DNA of 64,000 nt. Source: Podarcis filfolensis. Its lineage: Eukaryota. Shown here in pieces: positions 1 through 12,226 of this stretch. Positions within the stretch are counted from its first letter, which is position 1. Each line of letters opens with the position of its first letter. Location of the stretch: the NCBI GenBank assembly GCA_964270895.1, contig OZ185441.1, one strand, 5' to 3'. The notes beneath the pieces were generated by a model. It did no database searches. It saw only the letters and a list, made by a program, of their open reading frames with translations, and had not been told where the DNA came from. The translations under genes were made by a program, and so were the position numbers.

Positions 1-467
1 GATTGGCTGGTCTGCTACGTATGCAAATGCGTTCCATTTTGTTACATGGCAATAGTGATTACAATCTGAATCTGACACAACCTTTGCTTTTTTTTTATAT
101 GAAAACAAATGGTCATTCTGTCCATGTGGCTGTATCTCTGTGCTACTGGGAAGCAAATATTTTAAGTGGATGCTGAAGAGGCTAAGCAAAGAACTGGCTG
201 TCTAATTTCTGGCAATCCATTGACCTTAGTCTTCACTTCAGTAAGGAGCCAGAACTGAGGATGTAGCGCTTCATAGCTTCCCCCATTCAATTGGATGCAG
301 CTTCTGCAAGTATTTGTGTGTCTGCATCTCTGTGTGAATGTGATGCAGTCAGACCGGTTTTTGAGATATGTGGCGCCTCAGAGTATATAGTTCAGCAGAG
401 GGCCTGCTTCCATGTGTCTCCATCTGGCCATAATGTGAGGACAAAAATAATTATTATGTACCTTCAT

Positions 468-856
468 TAGGGATGGATGAATCTGTCAATTTTGCTTTCT
501 CATTGTTTCAATCTTAATTTCATTCTCCACATTTCTGCAATGGTTTTTGATTTACCGGTATTTTAAGTCATCTTGAAAATTCATCAGCATTGCAGTGCAA
601 TTTTCTCCTAATATACACATCTTTTGTATACAATTCTGCCTGATATACACATTTTTGCAAGCAATTTCCCCTTACAATGCCTTCTAAAACATTATTTTCA
701 CTAATACAATGCCTTTTTATATACACTTTAATTTGCACATTTTATGCACATTATTTGGCTGGAGAACTGCATCATAAAATTCAGAGGTGTGCAAATTTGA
801 ATGTATTGCTGTGGTTGGTTAACATATGGTTTCAGGAAATTTCCTGCCCATCCCTA
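468..856 (+). mobile_element. Non-autonomous DNA transposon (MITE family A, TAGGGATGG termini)
   Basis: TAGGGATGG at 468 and CCATCCCTA ending at 856. The AT-rich interior matches other copies in the window (8516, 36000, 51470, 52145, 62747). No clean TSD. Confidence 0.65.
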
Positions 857-1657
857 ATCACTGTCACTATTCAGTGGCATCTGAAAAACAGAGCATAGAT
901 AGCTGGAAAGAGAACTGAACACAAAGCTATGTTTGCATTACCAAGAAACTTTTTTTAATTACAATTGGCAGTGACTGATATGCTGAAGAGGTAATAAAAT
1001 AGCTAAAAAGCATGTGATTCAGGAGCCTGGGGACCTGCAGAACTACTTTCTCTCCCTAAAGAGGTGGTGCCTTCAAATCAACCCACTGGAAGATTATCAT
1101 CATGAAAGGAAATTGTATGGGAAGACAAGCGCCAAGTTTTCTAGCTGCATTGAACTGGTCTGAACTCTTCTCCCTGGTGTTCCAGGTTTCCATGTGCAGA
1201 TAGGGATATGTTGTGGTTGCTTTGTAAAAGCAAGATGTAACTCCCTCCCCAGGATCAAATTCAGAAACTTACGAGGGCGTAAGTACGCAGAATAGAGAGC
1301 ATCATGTTATAACTGAATAAAACACATTTTATTTTCATGATTTAGTCTTGACTTTCCTACCCTAAGGACATAACAAAAAAACAAAGAAACCCACTTTTAA
1401 ACACACACACCTCGCTAATGATTTCTGAATGTTCACAGCTTAAGCTGGCAAGTATACGTTGAGAGAGGCCACAGAAATAACAGTCCCAGTGCCATATGTG
1501 TGATCTTGAGTAGGATTTGGGAAGTGGGTAAGACTCCCAACTGTTGAACAGCCTTATCAAAGCAAACACTCATCAGGGTGATATTTAAACGCAACTGGAA
1601 ATAGAAATGGCCAAAGAACACAGCCAGTGGATATCTCTGAAATGAAACAGCCTCCGG

Positions 1658-1662
<5 letters not shown>

Positions 1663-1734
<72 letters not shown>

Positions 1735-1750
1735 CTCTCACACACACACA
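1663..1750. repeat. Compound microsatellite (CT)n(CA)n
   Basis: Read directly. Confidence 0.97.
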
Positions 1751-2099
1751 GAGAGAATTCTCCTATCCATGTTTTTCAAAACTCTGGCCAAACACTACTT
1801 CTTACATTTTATTTAATTGCTGATATGCTAATTTCAATGGTTGTGAAAGTGGGCTGCCCACATAAGGTCACAGATTCCTGCAAAATTCCAGACAAACTTT
1901 GGTGAGCGCGGAAAGCTTTATTTATGTTATCTTCTATATATCCCATTTTTATACTTATTAAAAGGAAAACCTGTTTTAATAAACAGCCAGCACCTACTGA
2001 TGCCAGCAGGGCCCACAGAACAGGACAACTGAACATTCTTGTGACTCTTACTTTCCTATCACCTCCCTGAAATCCTAAAACGATGCCCCTGCCAGTGAT

Positions 2100-4130
2100 A
2101 GGGTGTTGCGGCCTCTATCCCCAGCTTCTGCCAGTGGCAGGGTGGATTGGCCACTACTGAGCTCAAGGCTTGAGCTCATCGTCAAGGCTTGGCTGTCACT
2201 CATTTTGCTCCTGCCACTTAAATGGCTGGATGCAGATTGATTATGCCGTGGGTCAACCAAAGGCAGTGCTGACGGAAGGGCCCAAAGTCATCTCTTCCTC
2301 CTCGTCTGCTGGCTATATTGTCAGCTTGTCACTGAGGAACCTAAGAGGAGGGGATCTGAGATGTCTGGCAAGCCCCAACTAAGAGAGGATGATTTTCTGT
2401 AATGTATGAGCTGCCTCCCAACACATCCCACTGATAACATAAGCAAAACCAACCATATTAAATGTGCATGTCAACCAATGATTTGTCTCTCCATGCGCTA
2501 CGTTGGAGAAAGGTGTCTGGCTGGTACTTTCAAAGGCCTTTCTTGGGATCAGGTGCCAAGTATTTCAAGACCTAAGACTTGGCTGTAGTCTCTGTCTTGT
2601 GGAATTTCATGACGGAGTAAGCCGCAGTTTGAACCTTATTATGGTAAGGATAATTGGGCACCCAAGCCCACTAATGAAAATTGTGTGCAGGGCCCAAAGC
2701 GTTATTTATTGCCGGGTAATTTTAGCCTTCACTTTCTTCATAACCAAGACCATTGCAAAGTAAAACTCTGAATTAAAACAACAACGACACCCAGCCCCAT
2801 TATGCTATGTGCTGGCATTTAATGATCCAGCTGCAAAGACAGGTTCAGGGGCTGTTGGTGAGGAATGTTGATATACACATATTGGCTATATTTGGCCACC
2901 ATCCTTTGCCAAAAAGTGCAGGTGGCATAGAAAGAGCAGAGGAAATGGAAGCAATGGACATGGAGGCCAATTCATTCCTGCAAATACTTAGCTATTTTTC
3001 TAGATTAAAAATGGTTGAATGGCAGCAACTGGGGATGCAAAAAAAGAGGTTTGCATTCCCTTACTTCAGCAGGATCTCATTGATTTCTTAGATTGCCTTA
3101 TGAATCGATTTCAGAACTAGAATTTCAGGCAACTGCAACCTGTTTGCGTTATGTCGCTTTGCTTCAAAGTCTTTCCATTTATTTCTATCTACTGTGCACT
3201 CTTTTTTACTTGGTATTGCAGTAGAAGGTATTAAAAATATCAAGCATTTTAGCCGTTGGTTAGATTGCACTGATTGTTTTGTCCCAGTGTGTGGGAATCC
3301 TTGTAAATGAGACTTACTGTATTTGGGTGCTTCAAAAGAACAAAGAAAAGTTTCACAACTCATTTTGTGAGACAACCGCAGCTTAAAAGCCATCATGGCC
3401 AATGGCCAGGGATGGTGGAAATGGGAGTCTACAACATTGGTGCATCCCTAGTTGGCTGCTCCTGGATTAGCCCTTATATGCTCAATTTATGATTTCACCA
3501 AGCCAAACACAACAACCAGTCATCTATTTGGAGCCCACAAGGGGCTTGTCATATCACCTGGTTACAACCTAGAGAAGGTTGATGAGATTGGCAAACACCT
3601 GGTGGGCCACTGTGGCTGTCTAGGCAGATGCTTTTGGCCTGGTAAGTCATTGGTTGTGCAGGGCTGGCTTAATTAAGCGCCATTCGTTATTTCTATAATG
3701 CCCCATCTTTGGTCTAATATTAAAGTCTTGGATAGATTAGTTATCCAATTTGCTTTCCCCCAATGGAAATACTTGAATACTAGCAAAGATTATAGCTGCC
3801 ATTTGTTGTTTGCCCTTCATTCCACATCTATGATGAAGACATACACCGTTTGTTGTATGTCTGTGTTGTTAAAAGCACAGGTCCTTGGTCAAGAAACCCT
3901 AGCCAAAAGAAATTAATGAGTGCTTCTGAAATTCAACCACTTAAAACCTTGTTAGCATTTTCTGATGTCTTCAGTCAGAGAAGTTCTTCTCTCAAGGACT
4001 GTTTCAAGTATCGTACTACTGTGCAGGGGAATATTCGGAAAGAATCTTCTTTCTTTCACTATGGCAACTCCTGTCCCATCTGACCACTTTGATCCACACA
4101 ATTAGTAGGTGATAATGTTGAGCTCCTCGC
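2100..4130 (-). mobile_element. Highly decayed RTE-clade LINE (endonuclease to RT region)
   Basis: Minus-strand motifs appear in RTE ORF order: GTGVAIVK (~4075), VFII-(D)W-N (~3840), QIDD (~3525), PGA (~3460), FKLRL (~3385), AIPSKK (~3205), EQ/EEE-like RT segment (~2300). Many stops and frameshifts; boundaries approximate. Confidence 0.55.
3390..3450. mobile_element. Fragment of palindromic hAT-type MITE inside the old RTE
   Basis: catggccaatggccagggatggtggaaatgggagtctacaaca resembles the MITE arm cagggatgatgggagttgtagtccaa. Confidence 0.45.
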
Positions 4131-7100
4131 TATGAAAAGCTTGTCTGCTGGTTTCTGCATAGCTAACTTCTATCAAAGGCACAGAAACAGGGCGGGCAAC
4201 TAGCTTGGTTCTTTCCCCTTCTTTTTTGGCAACCCTGCTGAGCAAATCCATAACATCAAACTGGCCATAAAATTGAACCATGCCTTGTACAATACTTATT
4301 TGTGGCATTTAATTCTGGATTTCACTGTTATGGAACTACATGAGTACACCAGATGTGGCTTCTTGATCAAGAAAATGTATGGGCTTGGCAGGGCGAGCAA
4401 TCCAGATATTAGATGAAGAGGAACAAGTATAGAATCAGTTACCTCTTAATGATAAGGTGGTCTTTATTTATTTTTTGAGAGAGAGACAGTGGGGTGAAGA
4501 GTATGGTTTGGCTTCCCAGGACAGAAGTAGATGTGGAAAGAGAGTTTTTGGTTTAATGTACGCTGGATCTCTATTCTTGCCCCAAAACCAAATAATTTCT
4601 AAATCATAGGTGCCTTGCTTAAAAAAACAAAAAACCAACAACCCCCCCCCAAAAAAACTTTGAGCATGGTTAAGCCTATTCTCCTCAAACTTACTAATGC
4701 ACTTCTACAGATTTCCAAATAAATGTCTAGGCATGTACCACTTCTTTTCTGCTAATTTGCTACCCAGACATTCAACAGCTTTTGCTACCCATAAATTTAA
4801 TAGCATTAAACACCTGCTGGCTTTGAGTAGCAGAGCTTGCCAAAAAGGAAAGCAGGAGCACTGAGATACACTCCTAATGTGCTCCTTTCCATACCATCAG
4901 AATTAAGGCTGGGAGTTGGTTCCCAGCACAGCAGCAACACCCCATGCCGAGAACGCTTCTCTGCCTTTGCGTGTTAAACTCCTGAGTGCTACTCGGAGCC
5001 ATCCTTGCCTGCCAAGAAGTAAGGCCACGGGGATGGGGGGTATTCTCCAGCTGTTCCCGAAACTCAAGGAGCCTTCAACTCATTAGCTAAAATTTCAGAA
5101 AGTGCTGGAAGGCAATGCAATCTAATTGAGGCCAGACCCTCATGTGGTGTAAATCTCCTTAAACGCTGAAAGCCAAAGGGACTTGACTGACTCAACATTT
5201 GCTTGAGAGGATTTGGCCCAGCATGTCAGGAAGAGATTAGAGGTTCTGACTTCTACACAAGGGAAGCGTGTTGATGATCTTCAAAAGGGCAGACTTGAGA
5301 AACCTACCAAGACTCTGTTGGGGAAGCTGGCTGGCTGTAGGGTAACACTGCCCCCCACCCAAGTGTTTAAGCTATGAAGTACATGAAGTAAGCACATCAT
5401 GGCAGGTGTATGAAGGAATTTGGACTTAAAATGGAACCTGCCACAGCAAAGGAATCCAAGACTGATTTTGGTTAATTAAAACCCAAAGCTGGTTCTCCCT
5501 CCTTTCTAATAGGATTCTGATTCCTGTTGCTTATCACTTGCCTGGTTGTCTTTTTTCAGATGTTTATTAGAAAGCTGGTCCATTTAAGGTCTCTAAAGTC
5601 TAACTTTTATTGTTGCATAAGCAGTATTGATGGATTGAAATCCCTTTCATCAGAGCTGGGCTGCGGAGCTGAGTACCCAACAACTTTCTCCACAACACAA
5701 CCAGTTCTGCTTATCTAAATTTGTTTGGCTGTTGCGCAGTTTGAGCCAAAGTGTGCCGACTGGGAAAGCACATCTTGTGGATTTCCGTGTGACTTATTCC
5801 CATGTCAATGTGCTTACATTTAAAAGCCAAAGCATTCTCGGGGAAATGAGGAGTAAACACTTTAAACTACCATATCAGTATTTCATCATCTCATTCTGCC
5901 TTTTAGATCGTAAAGCACCTCTGATTTTGTCACAAAACTTAAGTTTCGCAAATGTGTTTGATTGTGAACTATTAGTGCTCTGTGTGAGCAGTTGTTTCAG
6001 TGTGAAGCAGCTGAAATATAATCAGAACCAGCTATAAACATGTAATAAAATTCCCTCAGCTGAGATCAGCCATGCCACTCCATGGCAGCAAGAACCAAGA
6101 GAGATGAGGCACTTTTGTAGCGGACCCAGAACTATGTCAATGCTTAAATAAATAATTCTAGACTTGAAAAAATAAAAACCCAGTTTCTTTGTTTTACTGA
6201 TAGATGTTTTCCTTATACAGACTTACCTTTAATCTCCTTCTAGTTTATGAGAACCATTTTACACTACAAAGATTTTCTTTATCTGGTTGCAAATGAAAAC
6301 TATTATCTTTTAGTTACAAGCCAAAGATTATAAATAAGGCTGATTTTACAGCTTTAAAAAGGCAGGTTTTTCCCCCTGTCCTCCAGCCTCATTAACACCA
6401 CATTAACTCTTCAGCTGCAGTAAACCTGCACAGCTCGTTTTCAAAGATGCCACGAAAGCATTATTCCAGCTGAAGGCCCGCTTCAACAAATGTACTTGTA
6501 AAACAGTGAGATGATTCAATATTCCTTGAAGTGAAATTTAGTAAGGCTGATTCACAGATGCATGAACAATGCACAGAGTCTCATCACGGCCAATTACTGA
6601 GCGAAATGCACCCACTGATAGTACCCAGTGGTGGATTTATGGTATGTGGGGCTCTGTGCACAGCCCTTTGGGGCAGCCTTGTTTGTTCACCTAAATAAAT
6701 GTGACTATGGTGGGAAAATATGATGGAACTGAATGCATAAGAATGAGACCACCTTGTAAGTGCAGTAGGGGCCCAGAGATCTATGTTCCAGACCACACAT
6801 GGGTTTGAGTGGGCCAACATGGGAAAGTTGGCTCAGAAATGCAGGGCAAGTCAAAATCCTTCCCGATCCTAACTGTGGCTAAGGGTTAGGTGTTTGTCAG
6901 TTTCAGTGCTGCTCTTTGCATCCTTTTCATCCAGCTCTCCTGGCTTATGAAAGACAATGCACATCCAATCACATCTAAGCTTTTTCTTAGATCAGGTTGC
7001 ATATCCACCTGCCCATGTTCCTCTGACCTGCAGAGTTGGGGCATCCAGCTGATAATTCCAAACACACCCCAATGGAAAATTTAAATCTGATTTGGACATT

Positions 7101-7422
7101 AGGAAAGTCTTGGGTGCTTGTTGTCAAAAGTAGAATTAAAGAGATCTGCCCTGATAAATTGCTATGCAATATAAAGGACACATAATATTTATTTTTAGGT
7201 TACTGATGGCATTCTGAAAGTTGATTCTTTAGCATTAGCGTTTTTTGTTATCTGATACCATATGCTTTATGAATGACATTTTAGAATGACTTCAAAACTT
7301 AATATTTAATTACTGTCCTGAAAATGTAAAGCTCAGTTCCTAATAAGATCATTTTCTGGAGTCACTTAGCAGCAGGATTCTACTGTGTTGTATGATTTCT
7401 CTGCCAAATGTATCTATTTTAG

Positions 7423-7481
7423 GAGGTTACTTCAGATGCAGCAGTACCAGCCTCTCCTTACACTACTGGCACTACACTATG
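7423..7481 (+). other. Candidate internal exon (59 nt)
   Basis: Acceptor tctattttag, consensus donor ATG|gtaagt, open in all three frames. No homology recognised. Confidence 0.25.
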
Positions 7482-7918
7482 GTAAGTGGCAATGTCAGAT
7501 CAGACCACTTAGCAATTTCCACACACAATTCCTATTTTTATCATGGAATTGTATCTTGCTAACCATAAATTAAGCTGTCATACATCTGTGCGGTAGCATA
7601 TTTTGCTAAATGAAACAGAACTATAAAAGCAAACACATGCTTCAGGAGAGAAGGATTTCAAGCCTCTGTAAAAAAATATCCCAAGCATCACCCCCACCTT
7701 CCCATCTCATTGATCCTAGAGTTCAGACATGAAATCACAACAAATGTTTCTTAAGAGACTTGTAGGTTGGATGAAAGGTTGTTCTCCTGCAGGAAATGGG
7801 AATGGAAGGTCAGAGGGTCGCCGCATTTTTAACAACCTTTGACCTTGCAGTCAATTGCCAAACGGTATCCAGACATGGAGACAGGACTGGCTAAGAGCAT
7901 AGCTTAACTTTATTTCAG

Positions 7919-8080
7919 TATCTTCCTTTGTTCGAGCTTCGTAAGAACCTAATGAAACCAATGAGGAGAAAGCCCACTAAATCTGAAATATTTTCAGAGG
8001 CTATTCATATAATACGAATTCAACGGCGTTATATGAAACGAGGCAGCATTTTTGACAACCAGTGTATCTTCTTTATATAA
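7919..8080 (+). other. Candidate terminal coding exon (53 codons + TAA)
   Basis: Acceptor ctttatttcag, then YLPLFELRKNLMKPMRRKPTKSEIFSEAIHIIRIQRRYMKRGSIFDNQCIFFI*. Five of six CpGs start in-frame Arg codons. Confidence 0.2.
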
Positions 8081-8515
8081 CTTCCCCATTGTATTTTGAA
8101 ATTTGAAGAGAGAGAGAAACTTGGTGATTTATTGTTGAAAAGGGAACGTGAAAATTTGGCTTCATGAAGATTGCCTGGCAAATTCTTGAAGGAAATTCTG
8201 AAGTCAGTGGGAGTTTTGTCACTGATTTCTCTGCTTGAGAAGGGATATCTGGCAGCCTGAGCCTATTCAGAGGTAACCTTTACTGAGAGTAAAACTACAC
8301 ATTATGAGAGAAACAGCACCATTGCCATTCTCTTTTTCTACCCCTTGTAAAATCTAAAATGTATCATGTAATATCATTGTGCTAGGAATTGCTACACACT
8401 ATTGCAAGTAGCCACTGATATGTGATCAGGGCGGGTCCACAAATGGGAAGAGAAGAAAAATGTGGCAAGTTGCAGAGGCTCCAAGTCCCTCATAATCATA
8501 GCATCTATACTTAAG

Positions 8516-8936
8516 TAGAGGTGGGTGAATCTGTCCATTTTGGTTTCTGTCAGTTATTTTAATCTTCAGTTCTTCACATTTCTACATCACTATTTGATTC
8601 ATTTATTTTTGTCCTCATGAAAATTCATCGACAATTTTGGGTGAAGTTTTCCTTCAGTACTTATTTTCATATGCAATTCTGCCCAACGTATGCATTCTCG
8701 CCAAATGATTTCCCCTAAGATAATGCATTTTTCACTAATATGTGAATTTATATGCACACTTTACCAGAGCATAGCCTCTCCATTTTTTGGTATGTGCTAC
8801 TTGGCTGCAGAATGGCATTGCAAAATTCAGAGAAGTGTACATTTTGAAGGCTACTTTTCAGTTCATATGTTGTTTCAGAAGATGTAAATTTGATAACTTT
8901 AAATGCAAACTGAAGCTAATTTCTCCCTCATCCCTA
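8516..8936 (+). mobile_element. MITE family A copy
   Basis: TAGAGGTGGGTGAATCTGTC ... CATCCCTA; interior colinear with 468-856. Confidence 0.65.
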
Positions 8937-10072
8937 CTATTAATTAAGAGTGCAGGGGATTATAGCTTCAGGGTTTTTTTTTAAAAAAAGTAAATGTGGG
9001 TGTGCATCTCCCTATACCCTTTGTTGATGATGGAAACCCTTTGTGATTTAAGTGTGCACACAGTAAACTCAGTGATATCTTTGCCCTCTGGCTACTCAGC
9101 AAATCAGCAATGATATTTTTAATTTTGCAACCACGTTGAAGATGTACATAAAATATGTGAACCGTTAACTTCTTCCTGCTTGTATTTTGCTGCTGTTTCC
9201 TCTTGCCTCTTTGAGAAACAGCGTTGGTGCCCTGTGCACCTAGAAATAATCTGTGGCAGCAGGTTATTTTGTAATCTGTCCCCAATGTTATAGGGTTTTG
9301 AATACCACACCATAGGAGGGCATGCTCCTAGTATCCCTGTTGTGTTATTTACCTCTGAGCTTTAAGACCACCACATCCATTTACTAAATGATCAGTTTTC
9401 TTATTGGCCCTAAATTGCGCCTAATTAAAAATCTGACCCCTACAAACTAGTCCTCTTCCTAAAGAGACAGAACGTAAACAGGAAAAATCAGCTAATTGCT
9501 GCAAAAACTGCATTTGTGGCACTGTAATTGGACCTCAGCGAAACAAATGAACCCACTGGGGATTCCCTAATGAATGTTTAACTGCAAACAGTAGTCAGGC
9601 ACTTAAGCAGCTCGGCTGACGGTCCCTAATGAAATCAAATAAAATCAAATCAAAGATTCTGGCATTTTCACTAACCAGATTTCTTGGCACAGAGACATGA
9701 AAAAAGAATGCACAAGGATAAATATGGATGGAAAGCAAAGGCTACCCCAACTGGTATATGCATATTTAACAAACAATTCAAAATAGCCATAGCATTCAGT
9801 GGAGAACTCTCATGAACTGGAGCAGGCCTAGAATGTAAGACAGTCCCTTTTGTTTTTAAGAACCAAGATGTCTTCACAATACCTTTTGGGGAAAAAAAGG
9901 CCTCAAGTTTTCTTTAAAATTTCTTTAAAAATATAACTTGGCAAAGTTGCCATGCTATATAAAGAAGGTAAATTTTATCTACAATAATAGTTATCTTATA
10001 TGGAACATAGAGGTTATTTCTACCATCGGTTCTGAAACTTTATGTATATATATATAAGAGGACAAGCTAGCT

Positions 10073-10208
10073 CAGGCATAGGCAAACTTGGCCCTCCAGC
10101 TGCTTTGGGACTACAACTTCCATCATCCCTGACCAATGGTCCTGTTAGCTAGGGACGATGGGAGTTGTAGTCCCAAAACTTCTGGAGGGCCGAGTTTGCC
10201 CATGCCTG
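10073..10208. mobile_element. 136-bp palindromic hAT (Charlie-like) MITE, family B
   Basis: TIR CAGGCATAGGCAAACT / AGTTTGCCCATGCCTG; 8-bp TSD agctagct/agctagca. Confidence 0.9.
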
Positions 10209-10334
10209 AGCTAGCAGATCTGTATCTGCATTCCACATCTTGGTAATGAAGCTCTACTCTGATGTGGTCTATTGTCTTGCATTGCTCATCATCCCTAGTT
10301 TCTAGTAACCTGGTGGTCCTCCAAGAAGTGCGGA

Positions 10335-10517
10335 GGGGCCACAGATCAATGCTTGAGCACATTCATTTCATGCAGAGGGTCTTGGATCTCTGGCACCTAC
10401 AGTTGAAGTGGATCAGGTAGCAGGGCAAAGGGAAGACCTCTGCTTAAAAACCTTGACAGCTGCTGTCAGTCACAGTTGGCAATGGGCTGAAGAACATAAT
10501 TTGAAGAAGCTTCCTAT

Positions 10518-10520
<3 letters not shown>
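10335..10520 (+). mobile_element. Decayed tRNA-derived SINE (Squam3-like)
   Basis: ggggccacagatcaatgcttgagcac head and agcttcctatatt tail; colinear with the copy at 18215. Confidence 0.5.

Positions 10521-10521
<1 letters not shown>

Positions 10522-10567
<46 letters not shown>
10522..10567. repeat. (AG)n microsatellite
   Basis: Read directly. Confidence 0.97.
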
Positions 10568-10570
<3 letters not shown>

Positions 10571-11277
10571 AATTAAATTTTATGTTTTACAAAGTAGAAT
10601 GTTCATTTAGACAACCTTAAAATATCAATGACTTCCCTTCTTCTCTTTCCATGTTTTGTTTTGCATAGCATAAATCCCTGCATATTTTACAAAAACTAAA
10701 CCATTCAGTATTCCATTATTACTTCCACCAAAACTTACTTACACTGTTGAATTTATCTTAATGCTGCCAATGTTTCCAAGTGTACACAATTTCCCCTCCT
10801 ATATTCCTATATTCAACCACTGTGTTTCAAAATCACCCTTTGTGGAGCTCCTTGCATACAAGGAACCACGTTCTATAGCCATGCTGTCTACCCAGGTGGT
10901 AGAACATCTCATGCTTGAGATGGAGCTGCCACTGCAAATTACATCTTCATGCTGAATTCCATAACATGGCATGTGGCATTTCCTCACATTGTGACAACAT
11001 CACATTGCAATTTCCCCTTTCCTCACTGCACATCATTGCCTCATCATCCACAGGTATGGAAATACATGAGGCAACACCTGTACATGTTATGGTAAGAGTG
11101 AGAGAGAACTCAGCACTGGGATGCCTTTTTTATTTTTTGGGGAAGCTACCCCATGTTGAGATTAATATATTTTGACACATAGAGCAGCAGCGGGTATTGG
11201 ATGGCTTCTGGTCCATCTCTCCTGCTTCATGCAGGAAACTTCTCTGCTCATTGCAAGTATGTTATATAACCATAGAG

Positions 11278-12226
11278 TTCTTCTTCTCTGGCAATCACTC
11301 GTAGCTGAGTAAGATTATCTTCCATAAACACAGTTTTAACAATGAGTCCATGAGTGACTGTGGAGGCCAGTTCTGGATCCACACGTCCTTCCACAGTGGG
11401 GACATTGGTTACCGGGCAGCAGTTGATCATGGCGTGGATTTGCCAAGCGTGCCTTCCTCTTAGCACATTTCTCCCTTGAGTTCTGAGTTCGAGTGTCTTC
11501 AAACCCATGACACCTTTGGTAAAGGCTGTTCTCCAATTGGAGCACTCACAGGCCAGTGTTTCCCAATGGTTGGTGTTTATATGTTTATATGTTGGTGTTT
11601 ATGGTGGGATGCGGGTGGCGCTGTGGGTTAAGCCACAGAGCCTAGCGCTTGCCAATCAGAAGATCAGTGGTTTGAATCCCCATGACGGGGTGAGCTCCTG
11701 TTGTTCGGTCCTAGCTCCTGCCAACCTAGCAGTTCGAAAGCACAAAGAGCAAGTAGATAAATAGGTACTGCTCCAGCGGGAAGGTACATGGTGTTTCTGT
11801 GCGCTGCTCTGGTTTGCCAGAAGCAGCTTAGTCATGCTGGCCACATGACCTGGAAGCTGTCTGCAGACAAACACTGGCTCCCTCGGCCCATAGAGCGAGA
11901 TGAGCGTGAAACCCCAGAGTTGTCTGCAACTGGACCTAATGGTCAGGGGTCCCTTTACCTTTATACTACATTTTTTAAAATTTACCTTGAGACAGTCTTT
12001 AAACCTCTTTTGTTGACCACCAGCATTACACTTTCCCTTTTTAAGGTTGGAATAGAGTAGTTGCTTTGGAAGACAATAATCAGGCATCCACACAACATGA
12101 CCAGTCCAACGAAGTTGATGTTGAAGAATCATTGCTTCAACACTTTGCTTATTCCAGTACACTGGCATTAGTTCGCCTGTCTTCCCAAGTGATGTGTAAA
12201 ATTTTTGGGAGACACCATTGATAACT
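11278..12226 (-). mobile_element. RTE LINE 3' portion, interrupted by a Sauria SINE
   Basis: ITWEDRRTN..SVEAMILQHQLRWTGHVVWMPDYCLPKQLLY (post-RT) and C-terminal CPHCGRTCGSRTGLHSH zinc-finger motif; short GAA tail at 11278. Confidence 0.88.
11606..11963 (+). mobile_element. Sauria SINE, full length
   Basis: GGGATGCGGGTGGCGCTGTGG tRNA-like head, B-box-like GGTTTGAATCCC, cctttaccttta tail. Confidence 0.93.

Noticed and set aside
1433-1905. ORFs with RERERE / LSLSLS runs (also 19551-19916, 51952-52255, 54729-55082)
   Set aside because: Translations of microsatellites, not genes.
3452-3676. Plus-strand GAHKGLVISP resembling the RT motif GVRQGCVISP
   Set aside because: All other LINE motifs here are on the minus strand and this position maps to the endonuclease region; likely chance.
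11656-12168. 170-aa minus-strand ORF
   Set aside because: Chimera of an RTE ORF fragment and antisense Sauria SINE.
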